This document shows, piece by piece, positions 9,190 to 19,458 of a stretch of DNA of 64,000 bases (position 1 is the first letter of the stretch; every line of letters starts with the position of its first letter). Made by a program: the position numbers and the translations under genes. This DNA comes from Acidimicrobiales bacterium. Lineage in GTDB: Bacteria; Actinomycetota; Acidimicrobiia; Acidimicrobiales; GCA-2861595. The DNA is taken from assembly GCA_035526335.1 (NCBI GenBank), contig DATLCN010000035.1:39824-103823 (forward strand), read 5' to 3'. The notes below the pieces were generated by a model. That model was not told where the DNA came from, did not search any database, and saw nothing but the letters and a program-made list of their open reading frames with translations.

Positions 9190-10407
9190 GTGGACGTACT
9201 CGACCTGGCCGAGGAACACGGCACGCCGTTGTTCGTCTACGACGAGGAGCACCTGCGCCGGCGGTGCCGGGAAGCTGTCGCCGCCTTCGGTGCCGGCGTG
9301 GCCTACGCGTCCAAGGCCTTCCTCTGCCGCGCCATGGCTTCGTTGGTCGCGGAGGAGGGGATGTGCATCGACGTCTCCACCGCCGGCGAGCTCCACGTGG
9401 CCCTCTCCGCCGGCACTCCACCCGACCGGATCGTGCTCCACGGCAACAACAAGTCCGAAGTGGAGCTGGCCCGTGCCCTGGAGGTGGGGGTGGGTCGGAT
9501 CGTCGTGGACTCCTTCGACGAGATCGACCTCCTCCACAAGCTGGCCGGTGGGCAGGCCCAGACCAGCACCTCCCAGCGGCGAGCGCAGGTGCTCGTGCGG
9601 GTCACGCCAGGCGTCGAGGCCCACACCCACGAGTACGTCATGACCGGCCAGGAGGACACCAAGTTCGGGTTCAGCATCGCCAGTGGCGCGGCGGCCCTAG
9701 CCGTGGCCGCCCTCGCTTCGTCCGTCGACGTCGAGCTGGTGGGCATCCACGCCCACATAGGCAGCCAGGTCTTCGCCCTCGCCTCGTTCGTGAAGGCGGT
9801 GGAGGTTCTGGCGCCCTTCTTCGTCCCCCTCGGGCTGCCCGAGCTGTGCGTGGGCGGCGGCCTGGGTGTGGCCTACGTGGAGGGCGAGGAGGCGCCCACG
9901 ATCACGCAGTGGGCGCAGACGGTGCACTCCGCCTGCGCCGCCGCCGGCATCCCTTCGGGGGTCCGGGTGACGGCAGAGCCGGGGCGGGCCATCGCCGCCG
10001 CCGCCGGTCTCACGCTCTACCGGGTGGGCACGATCAAACGCCTGCCGGGCGTGCGCACCTACGTGGCCGTCGACGGCGGGATGAGCGACAACCCCAGGCC
10101 CGTTCTCTACGGCAGCGGCTACGAAGCCTTCCTGCCGAGGGCCACCCCCGCGGAGAGACCGCTGCGCGCCACGGTGGTGGGAAAGCACTGCGAGTCCGGC
10201 GACCTTTTGGTGCGCGACGCGTTCCTGCCGGAGGACGTGGTCGTGGGTGACCTGCTGGCCACTCCGGTGGCCGGTGCCTACGGCCATTCGATGGCGTCCA
10301 ACTACAACAAGGTGACCCGCCCACCGGTTCTGTTCCTCGCCGGCGGAGAGGCGCGGGTGGTGGTCCGGCGGGAGACACTGGACGATCTGTTGCGCCTCGA
10401 CCAGTAG
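9190..10407 (+). CDS. lysA: diaminopimelate decarboxylase (true start probably upstream of 9190)
   Basis: '...EHGTPLFVYDEEHLRRRC...' and 'VAVDGGMSDNPRP...CESGD'. See the finding on its start codon. Confidence 0.95.
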   Translation: MDVLDLAEEHGTPLFVYDEEHLRRRCREAVAAFGAGVAYASKAFLCRAMASLVAEEGMCIDVSTAGELHVALSAGTPPDRIVLHGNNKSEVELARALEVGVGRIVVDSFDEIDLLHKLAGGQAQTSTSQRRAQVLVRVTPGVEAHTHEYVMTGQEDTKFGFSIASGAAALAVAALASSVDVELVGIHAHIGSQVFALASFVKAVEVLAPFFVPLGLPELCVGGGLGVAYVEGEEAPTITQWAQTVHSACAAAGIPSGVRVTAEPGRAIAAAAGLTLYRVGTIKRLPGVRTYVAVDGGMSDNPRPVLYGSGYEAFLPRATPAERPLRATVVGKHCESGDLLVRDAFLPEDVVVGDLLATPVAGAYGHSMASNYNKVTRPPVLFLAGGEARVVVRRETLDDLLRLDQ

Positions 10408-10421
10408 CGCCGCGGTTACCT

Positions 10422-11717
10422 TTGCCCATGGACGCGGTGCGGGTCGGGGTGCTCGGGTGCGGCAACGTCGGAGGCGCGCTGGTCCGGCTGCTGACGGCGG
10501 ACGCCGCCGGCATCGCCGATCGCACCGGTGTGCGGCTGGAGTTGACGCGGGTCGCGGTGCGCGACCCCTCCAGGCCGCGGAGCGTCCACGTGCCCGCCGG
10601 CTGTCTGACCGGCGACGCCGCCGGCCTGGTCACCGATCCCGAGGTCGACGTGGTGGTGGAGCTGATCGGCGGTATCGAGCCGGCCCGCGGCCTGGTGCGC
10701 ACCGCCCTGCAGGCGGGAAAGCCGGTGATCACGGCCAACAAGGAGCTGCTGGCCCATGCCGGCGCCGAGCTGTTCGAGGTGGCGTCGAGGGCGAGGGTGG
10801 ACCTGCTCTACGAGGCGGCGGTGGCCGGAGGTATCCCCCTCATCCGCCCCCTGCGGGAGTCGCTGGCGGGTGAGCGGATCACCCGCGTCATGGGGATCGT
10901 CAACGGCACCACCAACTACATACTCACCCGCATGGCCGAGGAGGGGGCCTCCTACGCCGACGCGCTGGCCGAGGCCCAGGAGCTGGGGTACGCCGAGAGC
11001 GATCCCACCGCCGACGTCGAGGGGTACGACGCCGCGGCCAAGGCCGCCATCCTGGCCACCATCGCCTTCGGTGGTCTGGTCGTCGCCGGCGACGTCTCCC
11101 GGGAGGGGATCACCGGGATAACCGCGGCCGACATCGCCTTCGCCAGCCGGCTCGGCTACGTGGTCAAGCTGCTGGCGGTGGCCGAGCGGGCCGACAAGGA
11201 CGACGACGAGGTGGCGGTCCGAGTGCACCCGGCCATGGTTCCGGCCACCCATCCGCTGGCGGCGGTGCGAGGGTCGTTCAACGCCGTGTTCATCGAGGGT
11301 GACGCCGTCGGTGAGCTGATGCTCTACGGCCGCGGCGCCGGCGGGATGCCGACCGCCAGCGCCGTGCTCGGCGATCTCATCGACGCCGCCCACAACCTGC
11401 GCACCGGCGGCAGCGGTCGCACCACCACCATGGCTCCCGCCACCATCAGGCCCATGGCCGAGTTGTGCTCGCAGTACTACCTGAACATGGAGGTGGTCGA
11501 CCGGCCCGGTGTCCTCGCCGCCGTCTCCACGGTCACGGCCGAGCACGGGGTGTCGCTGGCGTCCTTCGAGCAGGAGGGTCTGGGTGACGACGCCCGGATG
11601 GTGTTCATCACCCACAAGGCCAGGGAGCGCGACATCCAGGACACGCTCGAGGACCTGCGGGGGCTCGACGTGGTGAAGCGGGTCGGCAGCCTCCTGCGGG
11701 TGATCGGCCCGGAATGA
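10422..11717 (+). CDS. hom: homoserine dehydrogenase
   Basis: 431 aa with '[14 protein letters not shown]', 'ITANKELLA' and a C-terminal ACT domain. Confidence 0.95.
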   Translation: MPMDAVRVGVLGCGNVGGALVRLLTADAAGIADRTGVRLELTRVAVRDPSRPRSVHVPAGCLTGDAAGLVTDPEVDVVVELIGGIEPARGLVRTALQAGKPVITANKELLAHAGAELFEVASRARVDLLYEAAVAGGIPLIRPLRESLAGERITRVMGIVNGTTNYILTRMAEEGASYADALAEAQELGYAESDPTADVEGYDAAAKAAILATIAFGGLVVAGDVSREGITGITAADIAFASRLGYVVKLLAVAERADKDDDEVAVRVHPAMVPATHPLAAVRGSFNAVFIEGDAVGELMLYGRGAGGMPTASAVLGDLIDAAHNLRTGGSGRTTTMAPATIRPMAELCSQYYLNMEVVDRPGVLAAVSTVTAEHGVSLASFEQEGLGDDARMVFITHKARERDIQDTLEDLRGLDVVKRVGSLLRVIGPE

Positions 11718-11724
11718 GCCGGGG

Positions 11725-12771
11725 ATGACGATGAAGGCGTGGCGGGGCGTCATCGAGGAGTACAGGGACTTTCTGCCCGTCTCGCAGGGCACGCCCGTGG
11801 TCACCCTGCAGGAGGGCGCAACGCCACTGTTGCCGGCCCCCCGTCTGTCCGAGCGCCTCGGTGCCCAGGTGTGGCTCAAGTACGAGGGCCTGAACCCGAC
11901 CGGCTCGTTCAAGGACCGGGGAATGACGCTGGCCATCTCCAAGGCGCGAGAGGAGGGGGCGGAGGCCGTGGTGTGCGCCTCCACCGGCAACACCTCCGCG
12001 TCGGCGGCCGCCTATGCCGCCCGTGCCGGGCTCACGTGCGGAGTGATCATCCCCGCCGGCCACATCGCCCTGGGGAAGCTGGCCCAGGCCCTCGTCCACG
12101 GTGCGAGGGTCCTGCAGATCAGGGGCAACTTCGACCACGCCCTGAACATCGTGCGCGAGTTGGGGGACCGGTCGCCGGTCACGGTCGTCAACTCGATCAA
12201 CCGCTACCGCATCGAGGGTCAGAAGACCGGCGCCTTCGAGGTCGTCGACGCCCTCGGCGAAGCGCCCGACGTCCACTGCATCCCCGTCGGCAACGCCGGC
12301 AACATCTGTGCCTACTGGAAGGGCTACCTCGAGTACCGGGAGGCGGGCCGCTCGTCCAAGCTGCCGGCCATGATGGGGTTCCAGGCCGCCGGCGCCGCCC
12401 CCATAGTCTCCGGCCACCCGATCGAGAACCCCGAGACCATCGCCACCGCCATCCGCATCGGCAACCCCGCCTCCTGGTACGGCGCCACCTCGGCGGCGAG
12501 CGAGTCCGGTGGCGCCATCAGCGCAGTGACCGACGAGGAGATCCTGGCTGCCTACCGGTTCCTGGCCACAGAGGAGTCGGTGTTCTGCGAGCCGGCCTCC
12601 GCCGCCTCGGTGGCCGGTCTGATGAAGGTCGGGGTGCCGCAGGGTTCGACCGTGGTGTGCGTTCTCACCGGGCACGGCCTGAAGGACCCCGACGTCGCCA
12701 TCAGCCAGATCGCCGTGCCCACCCCGGTGGACGCCGACTACGACGCCATCCGCAAGGAGCTCGGCCTCTGA
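11725..12771 (+). CDS. thrC: threonine synthase
   Basis: 348 aa with '[14 protein letters not shown]...[10 protein letters not shown]' and '[12 protein letters not shown]' (PLP lysine). Confidence 0.96.
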   Translation: MTMKAWRGVIEEYRDFLPVSQGTPVVTLQEGATPLLPAPRLSERLGAQVWLKYEGLNPTGSFKDRGMTLAISKAREEGAEAVVCASTGNTSASAAAYAARAGLTCGVIIPAGHIALGKLAQALVHGARVLQIRGNFDHALNIVRELGDRSPVTVVNSINRYRIEGQKTGAFEVVDALGEAPDVHCIPVGNAGNICAYWKGYLEYREAGRSSKLPAMMGFQAAGAAPIVSGHPIENPETIATAIRIGNPASWYGATSAASESGGAISAVTDEEILAAYRFLATEESVFCEPASAASVAGLMKVGVPQGSTVVCVLTGHGLKDPDVAISQIAVPTPVDADYDAIRKELGL

Positions 12772-12790
12772 ATCTCCGAGTCTCCGCGTT

Positions 12791-14236
12791 TTGATCCGAG
12801 GGGGGCGGCGTACAGTAGGAGGGTCACGTCCCCTCGCCGATAGGTCCCATGTGCGGATCCTCGTGCTGGTCGACGGCGAGCACTACCCCTCCGTGGTGAG
12901 GGCCGCCATCGACCGCCTCCCGTCTCTTTTTCCCGGCACCGAGGTGGTTGCCGCCGCGCTGCTCGGCGGTTCCGAGAAGCTGAGCGGGACCGGCGCAACC
13001 GAGGAGCTGGAGGCCCAGTTGGGACTACCAGTCGTGACCGGCGCCGATGCCGACCAGGCCCTCGTCGCCGGTCTGGCCGCGACCCGGCCCGATCTGGTCT
13101 ACGACCTGTCCGACGAACCGGTGCTGGACGCCCGCAGCCGTCTGCGGCTCGTGGCCCGTGTGCTCGCCGCCGGTGTGTCCTACGAGGGTGCGGACTTCCG
13201 CTTCGACCCGCCGCCCCGCCCGCGTGTCGCCACCAAGCCTGCGCTGGCCGTGATCGGCACCGGAAAGAGGACGGGGAAGACGGCCGTGACCGCGCATCTG
13301 GCGCGGCTCCTGCGCCACCGGGGGACTGCTCCTGTCGTGGTCGCCATGGGCCGGGGTGGGCCCGCCACGCCGGAGATGGTCGACCCTGCCACCTTCGACC
13401 TGACACCCGAAGGGCTGGTGGCGCTGGCCGAGAGCGGTCGCCACGCGGCCAGCGACCACCTGGAGGACGCGGTGATGTCCGGAGCCGTGGCCATAGGCAC
13501 CCGCCGCTGCGGCGGGGGCATGGCCGGCGCTCCCGCCGACGACACCTTCGCCGACGGCGTCCGGATGGCCAACGACCGCCCCGAGCCGTTCCTGCTTTTG
13601 GAGGGCAGCGGCCAGGCCATCCCTCCGGTGGAGGCCGACGCCACCGTGCTGGTGATACCCGGGTCGGCCGATCCGGAACTGGTCGCCGGCTACCTGGGCG
13701 CCTATCGCCTGTTGCTCGCGGACCTCATCGTGATTACGATGGCGGTGACGTCGTTGGCGGCCTCGGTACCCCGCGCCAACTTCGAGCGGGATGTCCAACG
13801 GCTGTTGCAAGGAGCAGCGGCCAGGACCTGCCCCACGGTACGGGTCACGCTCCGGCCAACCCCCCTCTCTCCGATTTCCGGTCGACGTGTCTTCTACGCC
13901 ACAACTGCCCCCGCCTCCGCTAGAGCCCACCTGGCGGCGCACCTCGAGCACGAACATGGAGCGAAAGTCACGGGCATCTCCCATAATCTCGCCAACCGCC
14001 CCCTCCTTCTCGCCGATCTCGAGGCGGCCACGGGTGCCGACGTCCTCGTCGTGGAGTTGAAGGCCGCCGGTGTGGATCTGGCTGCCAGGTACGCCCTCGA
14101 GAGGGGCATCGAGGTCGTGTTCTGCGACAACCGCGTCGAGACTCTCGGCGGTGACGGCACTTTCGACGAGTTGAGCCTGGCCACAGCCGACCTGGCCGCG
14201 GATCGTTTCCGTCGGCGCACGGTGGCCAGACGATGA
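12791..14236 (+). CDS. cyclic 2,3-diphosphoglycerate synthetase-family protein
   Basis: 'VRILVLVDGEHYPSVV' at the N-terminus and the P-loop-like 'AVIGTGKRTGKTAVTAHLA'. The likelier start may be GTG 12851. ATGA overlap with the next gene. Confidence 0.78.
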   Translation: MIRGGRRTVGGSRPLADRSHVRILVLVDGEHYPSVVRAAIDRLPSLFPGTEVVAAALLGGSEKLSGTGATEELEAQLGLPVVTGADADQALVAGLAATRPDLVYDLSDEPVLDARSRLRLVARVLAAGVSYEGADFRFDPPPRPRVATKPALAVIGTGKRTGKTAVTAHLARLLRHRGTAPVVVAMGRGGPATPEMVDPATFDLTPEGLVALAESGRHAASDHLEDAVMSGAVAIGTRRCGGGMAGAPADDTFADGVRMANDRPEPFLLLEGSGQAIPPVEADATVLVIPGSADPELVAGYLGAYRLLLADLIVITMAVTSLAASVPRANFERDVQRLLQGAAARTCPTVRVTLRPTPLSPISGRRVFYATTAPASARAHLAAHLEHEHGAKVTGISHNLANRPLLLADLEAATGADVLVVELKAAGVDLAARYALERGIEVVFCDNRVETLGGDGTFDELSLATADLAADRFRRRTVARR

Positions 14237-15240
14237 CCGGACCGGGGGTTTCGCCCCACGCCGGCCCCCGCTACGTCGTCATCGACGACAAGGACTACGA
14301 GCTGCCCTACTCCAAGGGCCTGATGGCGTCCCGGATCATGGCCACCGGACTGGCGCCGGCCCGCGCCTTCCACGTGGCCGAGATCGTCGAAGCCCGGTTG
14401 TCGGCACAGTCCGACGGCGGCATCACCCTGCGGGAACTCAACGAGATGGTGCTGGAGGTGCTCACCGAGGAGGTGGGCGAGCGCTACGCGGCGTCGTTCG
14501 CCAAGTGGCAGCTGGTGGCGCAGCTCGACATCCCACTGGTCGTGCTCATCGGGGGTGCCACCGGGGTCGGTAAGTCCACGATCGCCACCATGCTGGCCAG
14601 CCGTCTCGGGATGACGCGTGTGATCCCCACCGACGCCATCCGCGAGGTGATGCGGTCGATGATCACCGAAGGCCTGATGCCCACGCTCCACACCTCGTCC
14701 TTCGACGCCGCGCGCCTTCTGCGCTATCCGGTCCCGCGCGGCGCCGACCCCACCATCATCGGCTTCCGGGAGCAGGCGGTCGCCGTGGCCGTCGGTATCG
14801 ACGCCCTCATAGCGCGGGCGGCCGACGAGGGAACCGACCTCATCCTCGAGGGTGCCCACCTCGTGCCGGGCTTCGTCGACGAGGCCCGGTTCAAGGGCCG
14901 GGCCGTGGTGGTGCCGCTGGTGGTGACGGTGGACGACGAGGAGCTGCACCGGAGTCACTTCCTCATCCGGGCCCACGAGGTCCGCAGCCGCCCGTCGGAC
15001 AGGTACCTCGACGCGTTCGACAACATCCGCAAGCAGCAGAAGTACGTAAAATCCATGGCGCTCGAGCACGGGATCCCCGTGGTTCCCTCGTACAGCCTCG
15101 ACGCCGCGCTGTCCCAGGTCGTCGACCTGGTCGTCGATCAGGCCTTCGAGGCCGTCCCGAAAACCAATCCCGAGCCGGTCGGCGCGCCGGCTCCCGACCA
15201 GTCCCCCTTCCCCGGCGGACGCAAGAGAGGTGCACCATGA
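14233..15240 (+). CDS. 2-phosphoglycerate kinase-family protein (COG2074-like)
   Basis: 335 aa with 'LPYSKGLMASRIMATGL' (ATP-cone-like N-terminus), the Walker A motif 'LIGGATGVGKSTIA', and 'IPTDAIREVMRSM...LHTSSFDA'. ATGA overlap with rho. Confidence 0.85.
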   Translation: MTGPGVSPHAGPRYVVIDDKDYELPYSKGLMASRIMATGLAPARAFHVAEIVEARLSAQSDGGITLRELNEMVLEVLTEEVGERYAASFAKWQLVAQLDIPLVVLIGGATGVGKSTIATMLASRLGMTRVIPTDAIREVMRSMITEGLMPTLHTSSFDAARLLRYPVPRGADPTIIGFREQAVAVAVGIDALIARAADEGTDLILEGAHLVPGFVDEARFKGRAVVVPLVVTVDDEELHRSHFLIRAHEVRSRPSDRYLDAFDNIRKQQKYVKSMALEHGIPVVPSYSLDAALSQVVDLVVDQAFEAVPKTNPEPVGAPAPDQSPFPGGRKRGAP

Positions 15241-17117
15241 GCGGAGAGCAGCAGCTCGAGCGCTCGGTACTGGAAGCCAAGGAGCGTGAGGAGCTTCAGG
15301 CCATCGCCGAAGCCCTCGGCGTCAAGCCGGCCTCCCGAGCCAGCAAGGCCACCCTGGTGGGCCAGATCCTGAAGGCGACGGGGGTGGAGGAACCGGCCAA
15401 CGGAAGCGCCGCGGCTCCGGCCCGACGTGGCCGGCGCCCGCGAACCACCACCACCGTTGCCGGCGCAGACGACGGCTCGACGGAGCATCCGTCCTCGCCG
15501 GACTCTCCGCTCGAGACCTGGCCCGGCGGTGCCGGCGAGGTGGCGGGCGATCCCGAGAGCCAGCTCATCGTCGAGTCCGACGATGGCCAGGATCAGGACG
15601 ACGCCGGTGCCGGAGGCAAGGGCGCGGCAGAGGGATCCACGAACCCCGCGCCCGCCGGAGCCGCTGAAGCCAACGGCGCCCATGGCCCGGCTGGCGAAGG
15701 CTCTCCCGTCGGCCAGCAGGCCGAGCGCACCACGTCGGCACCGGCGTACCGCACGAACCCGCAACGGGACAACAACCACGGGGCCGAGCGGGCGGTGCAG
15801 CGGTCGTGGGAGCCCGGCGGAGGCGGCCAGGGCCCGGGCCAGGGCCAGGGCACACCGGAGTCAGCCAACCGCCGGCGCCGCCGGCGGGGACGCGAGCGCG
15901 ACCAGCGCACCGAGCGGCCCGACCAGCGCTCCGAGCGCGACCTCCAGGGTTCGCCCCAGGACCAGCAGTTCCAGGGTGAGCCCGTGCCGGTATCGGGCCT
16001 GCTCGACCTCAACGACCAGGGTTACGGCTTCCTGCGGGCCCGGGGCTACCTGCCCAGCCCGGACGATGCCTACGTGTCGATCAGCCAGGTGCGTCGTTTC
16101 GCACTCCGCAATGGCGATCACATCGAGGGTGCCTGCCGCCCCGCGGGCAGCACCGAGAAGTACCCGGCCCTCCTACGCATCGACACGGTGAGCGGCCTCA
16201 CCCCCGAGGAGGCCCGCACACGTGCCCGCTTCGAGGACCTGACGCCGCTGTTCCCGGACCAGAAGCTGCGCCTGGAGATCCCGGGCGACAACGCCAACAT
16301 GGTGTCACGGATCGTCGACCTCATCTCGCCGATCGGCAAGGGCCAGCGTGGGTTGATCGTGTCGCCCCCGAAGGCGGGCAAGACGACGGTGCTCAAGCAG
16401 ATCGCCCACTCGATCGAGGTCAACAATCCCGATGTCCACCTCATGGTCCTGCTCGTGGACGAGCGACCGGAGGAGGTGACCGACATGCGCCGGTCGGTCA
16501 AGGGCGAGGTCATGGCCTCCACCTTCGACCGTCCGGCGGAGGAGCACACCGCCCTGGCCGAGCTGGCCATCGACCGGGCCCGCCGCCTGGCCGAGCTGGG
16601 CCGGGACGTGGTGATCGTCCTCGACGGCATCACCCGGTTGGCCCGCGCCTACAACCTGGCGGCGCCGGCAACCGGCCGCATCATGGCCGGCGGCATCGAC
16701 ACCGGGGCCCTCTACCCGCCCAAGAAGTTCTTCGGGGCGGCCCGCAACCTGGAGGAGGGGGGATCCCTCACCATCCTGGCCACGGCCCTGGTGGAGACCA
16801 ACAACCGCATGGACGAGGTCATCTTCGAGGAGTTCAAGGGCACCGGCAACATGGAGCTGCGCCTCGACCGCAAGCTGGCCGAGCGGCGGATCTACCCGGC
16901 CATCGACGTCAACGCCAGCTCCACCCGTCACGAGGAGCTGCTCTTCGAGCGCAACCAGCTCCAGCAGGTGTGGAAGCTGCGCCGGGTCCTGAACGCGCTG
17001 GCCAGCGAGGGAAGCGCGGCGAGCAGTCTGGAGTTGTTGATGGACAAGATCAAGGCCACCAGGAGCAACGACGAGTTCCTGTCCGAGATCGCCAAGGGAC
17101 CGGCGGCCGGCGTGTGA
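15237..17117 (+). CDS. rho: transcription termination factor Rho with a long low-complexity N-terminal insertion
   Basis: 626 aa. The N-terminal '[18 protein letters not shown]' is followed by about 200 aa of R/G/P/Q-rich sequence. Then come the RNA-binding and ATPase core ('SPPKAGKTT', 'LVDERPEEV'). Confidence 0.97.
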   Translation: MSGEQQLERSVLEAKEREELQAIAEALGVKPASRASKATLVGQILKATGVEEPANGSAAAPARRGRRPRTTTTVAGADDGSTEHPSSPDSPLETWPGGAGEVAGDPESQLIVESDDGQDQDDAGAGGKGAAEGSTNPAPAGAAEANGAHGPAGEGSPVGQQAERTTSAPAYRTNPQRDNNHGAERAVQRSWEPGGGGQGPGQGQGTPESANRRRRRRGRERDQRTERPDQRSERDLQGSPQDQQFQGEPVPVSGLLDLNDQGYGFLRARGYLPSPDDAYVSISQVRRFALRNGDHIEGACRPAGSTEKYPALLRIDTVSGLTPEEARTRARFEDLTPLFPDQKLRLEIPGDNANMVSRIVDLISPIGKGQRGLIVSPPKAGKTTVLKQIAHSIEVNNPDVHLMVLLVDERPEEVTDMRRSVKGEVMASTFDRPAEEHTALAELAIDRARRLAELGRDVVIVLDGITRLARAYNLAAPATGRIMAGGIDTGALYPPKKFFGAARNLEEGGSLTILATALVETNNRMDEVIFEEFKGTGNMELRLDRKLAERRIYPAIDVNASSTRHEELLFERNQLQQVWKLRRVLNALASEGSAASSLELLMDKIKATRSNDEFLSEIAKGPAAGV

Positions 17118-17147
17118 ACCCTGGCGGCCGGTAACCTCGGGGGCGAC

Positions 17148-17369
17148 ATGAAGACCGACATCCATCCTGACTACGTCGAAGCCAAGGTGAAGTGCTCCTG
17201 CGGGAACACCTTCACCACCCATTCCACCAAGGCCGACCTGCACATCGAGCTCTGCAACGAGTGCCACCCCTTCTACACCGGTAAGCAGAAGTTGGTCGAC
17301 ACCGGCGGCCGCGTCGAGCGCTTCGAGAAGCGCTACGGCAAGCGGCCGTCGAAGAAGCCGGCCGAGTAG
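17148..17369 (+). CDS. rpmE: 50S ribosomal protein L31 (Zn-ribbon type)
   Basis: '[22 protein letters not shown]...[13 protein letters not shown]'. Confidence 0.97.
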   Translation: MKTDIHPDYVEAKVKCSCGNTFTTHSTKADLHIELCNECHPFYTGKQKLVDTGGRVERFEKRYGKRPSKKPAE

Positions 17370-17448
17370 CGCCCACTCGGGTCATCCGGCGCCGGCCATC
17401 GACTCCGCCCGCCGCCAAGGCCTCTACGCGGCCAAGCTGCGGGCCCTT

Positions 17449-18387
17449 GTGGCCGAGAACTTTTCGGCCTCCGACGCCACGGGCGCCGCCGCCGCCACCT
17501 TCCCGGGTGGTGCCGCCCTCCGCCGCGGGTCCACCGGGTGGGTACTGGTCGAGGATCTCCCGGAGCGGGCGCTCGGTGGGGCTCTGGTCTGGGCGGCAAG
17601 GAGCGACCTCGAGGAACTGCACGTGCTCACGGGGAGCAAGGACGCCGCCGGCGTCCTTGCCCGCCGCGCCGGCGCCTTCCGCCGCCCGCCTCGGGTCTGG
17701 TTGACCCATGGCCGCACCGTGAGCCCGGCCGTCGCAGCGTCCCTTCCCGCTCTACGGCAGCCTGCCGGCGCCGATCTGGCCGTCGCCGCCATGTTCGCCG
17801 CTGCGGGGGCCGAGGCGGTAGTCGAACACGGCGTGCTCGTGGCCGAGGTTTTGGGCCTGGAGGTGGGGCGGGTCGTGGAGGGACGCCTGGACGTGGGCGT
17901 CGGCAAGCACGACCGGGAGGCGCAACGGCTGGTGCACGGGGACCGGCCCCCCGAAGAATCCCTGTTGGCAGCGGTGGCGGCCGTTCGAGAGGTGCGCCGA
18001 CCCGACGCCCCGGTCCACGAGATGAACCGCCTGGCCCAGGAGCGATGGCTCCGGTCGGTGGTGATGGCCAACCCGACGCTGGTCGGGGCCGCGTTCCTCG
18101 CACCCTTGCCGGACCCGGTACGCCGGGAGGGCCTGCGCAGGCCGGCGCCGGCGCCGTCCGCCGGCGTTGACGCCCGAGGCCGCCCCCTCGTCGTGGTGTG
18201 CTCGACGGGTATCGACCTGGACCTCGTTCCCACCGCGGCGGACGCCCGCCTCGGCCATGACCCCACCGCCCGGCTCATCATCGTCGTCCCCGAGGCCGAC
18301 GACCATCCGGTGACACGTGACCTGGCCGCCGCGCTCGTCGATCCCGCCGAGGTGGTCGCCATGCCGGGCGACTGGCGCCGCACGTAG
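17449..18387 (+). CDS. hypothetical protein (no family recognised)
   Basis: 312-aa ORF with high third-position G/C in this frame. The overlapping minus-strand ORFs are S/R/A-rich shadow frames. Confidence 0.65.
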   Translation: MAENFSASDATGAAAATFPGGAALRRGSTGWVLVEDLPERALGGALVWAARSDLEELHVLTGSKDAAGVLARRAGAFRRPPRVWLTHGRTVSPAVAASLPALRQPAGADLAVAAMFAAAGAEAVVEHGVLVAEVLGLEVGRVVEGRLDVGVGKHDREAQRLVHGDRPPEESLLAAVAAVREVRRPDAPVHEMNRLAQERWLRSVVMANPTLVGAAFLAPLPDPVRREGLRRPAPAPSAGVDARGRPLVVVCSTGIDLDLVPTAADARLGHDPTARLIIVVPEADDHPVTRDLAAALVDPAEVVAMPGDWRRT

Positions 18388-18396
18388 CCTTGACGG

Positions 18397-19458
18397 GTGC
18401 TCGAGCGATTGGCCGGACTGGAGGAGGAGTACGCCCGGCTGAGCGAGCGGATGAACGACCCGGCGGTGCTCACCGACCAGCATGCGCTGCGCGACACCGG
18501 CCGGCGCCTCAAGGAGCTGGAGCCCATCGTGGCCGCCTTCCGCTCCTACCGGGAGGCCACTGGGAACCTGGCCGCCGGCCGGGAGATGCTCGAGGATGCC
18601 ACCGGCTCGGACCGTGAGCCGCTCGTCGCCGAGGTGGCCGACCTCACCTGCACGATCGCCCGGCTGGAGTCGGAGCTCGAGGTTCTCCTCCTGCCCAAGG
18701 GCGAGAACGACGACCGCAACGTCATCGTCGAGATCCGGGGCGCCGAAGGGGGCGAGGAGGCCAACCTCTTCGCCAAGGACCTGTTCGACATGTACCTGCG
18801 CTACGCCGACAAGATGGGCTGGAAGCACGAGATGCTCGGCGCCGATCCCTCGGACAAAGGTGGGTTCAACGAGGTCAGTTTCCTGGTGAAGGGCGATGGA
18901 GTCTGGAGCCATCTGAAGCACGAGGGGGGTCCCCACCGGGTTCAGCGGGTTCCGGTCACGGAGTCGCAGGGCCGCATCCACACCAGCTCGGCCACCGTCA
19001 CCGTCCTCCCCGAGGCCGAAGAGCTCGACGTACACCTCGATCCCAACGATCTGAAGATCGACGTCTACCGCTCCACCGGTCCCGGGGGCCAGTCGGTCAA
19101 CACCACGGACTCGGCGGTGCGCATCACCCACCTGCCCACCGGGATCGTCGTGGCCATGCAGGACGAGAAGAGCCAGATCCAGAACCGGGCCAAGGCTCTG
19201 CAGGTGCTCCGCTCCCGCCTCCTCAAGGCTGAGCAGGACCGTCAGGCCGAGGAGGCCTCCGCCCAGCGCAAGAGCCAGGTGGGCGGGGGCGGGCGCTCGG
19301 AGAAGATCCGCACGTACAACTTCAAGGAGAACCGGGTGACCGACCACAGGATCGGCCTCACCCTGCACAAGCTCGACAAGGTGCTAATGGGTGAGCTCGA
19401 CGACCTGGTGGACGCGCTTCTCGCCGAGGAGCGGACCCGTCAGTTGCGTGGGGAGTGA
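18397..19458 (+). CDS. prfA: peptide chain release factor 1
   Basis: 353 aa with 'RVPVTESQGR' (PxT) and 'STGPGGQSVNTTDSAVRITHLPTG' (GGQ). Confidence 0.97.
   Translation: MLERLAGLEEEYARLSERMNDPAVLTDQHALRDTGRRLKELEPIVAAFRSYREATGNLAAGREMLEDATGSDREPLVAEVADLTCTIARLESELEVLLLPKGENDDRNVIVEIRGAEGGEEANLFAKDLFDMYLRYADKMGWKHEMLGADPSDKGGFNEVSFLVKGDGVWSHLKHEGGPHRVQRVPVTESQGRIHTSSATVTVLPEAEELDVHLDPNDLKIDVYRSTGPGGQSVNTTDSAVRITHLPTGIVVAMQDEKSQIQNRAKALQVLRSRLLKAEQDRQAEEASAQRKSQVGGGGRSEKIRTYNFKENRVTDHRIGLTLHKLDKVLMGELDDLVDALLAEERTRQLRGE

Noticed and set aside
15427-16191. 254-aa alternative-frame ORF within the rho 5' region
   Set aside because: It lies inside the low-complexity insertion of rho. The rho frame is continuous with the conserved N- and C-terminal Rho domains.
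17424-19368. Minus-strand ORFs 17424..18527 (367 aa) and 17752..19368 (538 aa)
   Set aside because: They overlap prfA (certain) and the plus-strand 312-aa ORF. The minus frames are S/R/A/P-rich without structure, and the codon third-position bias favours the plus frames.
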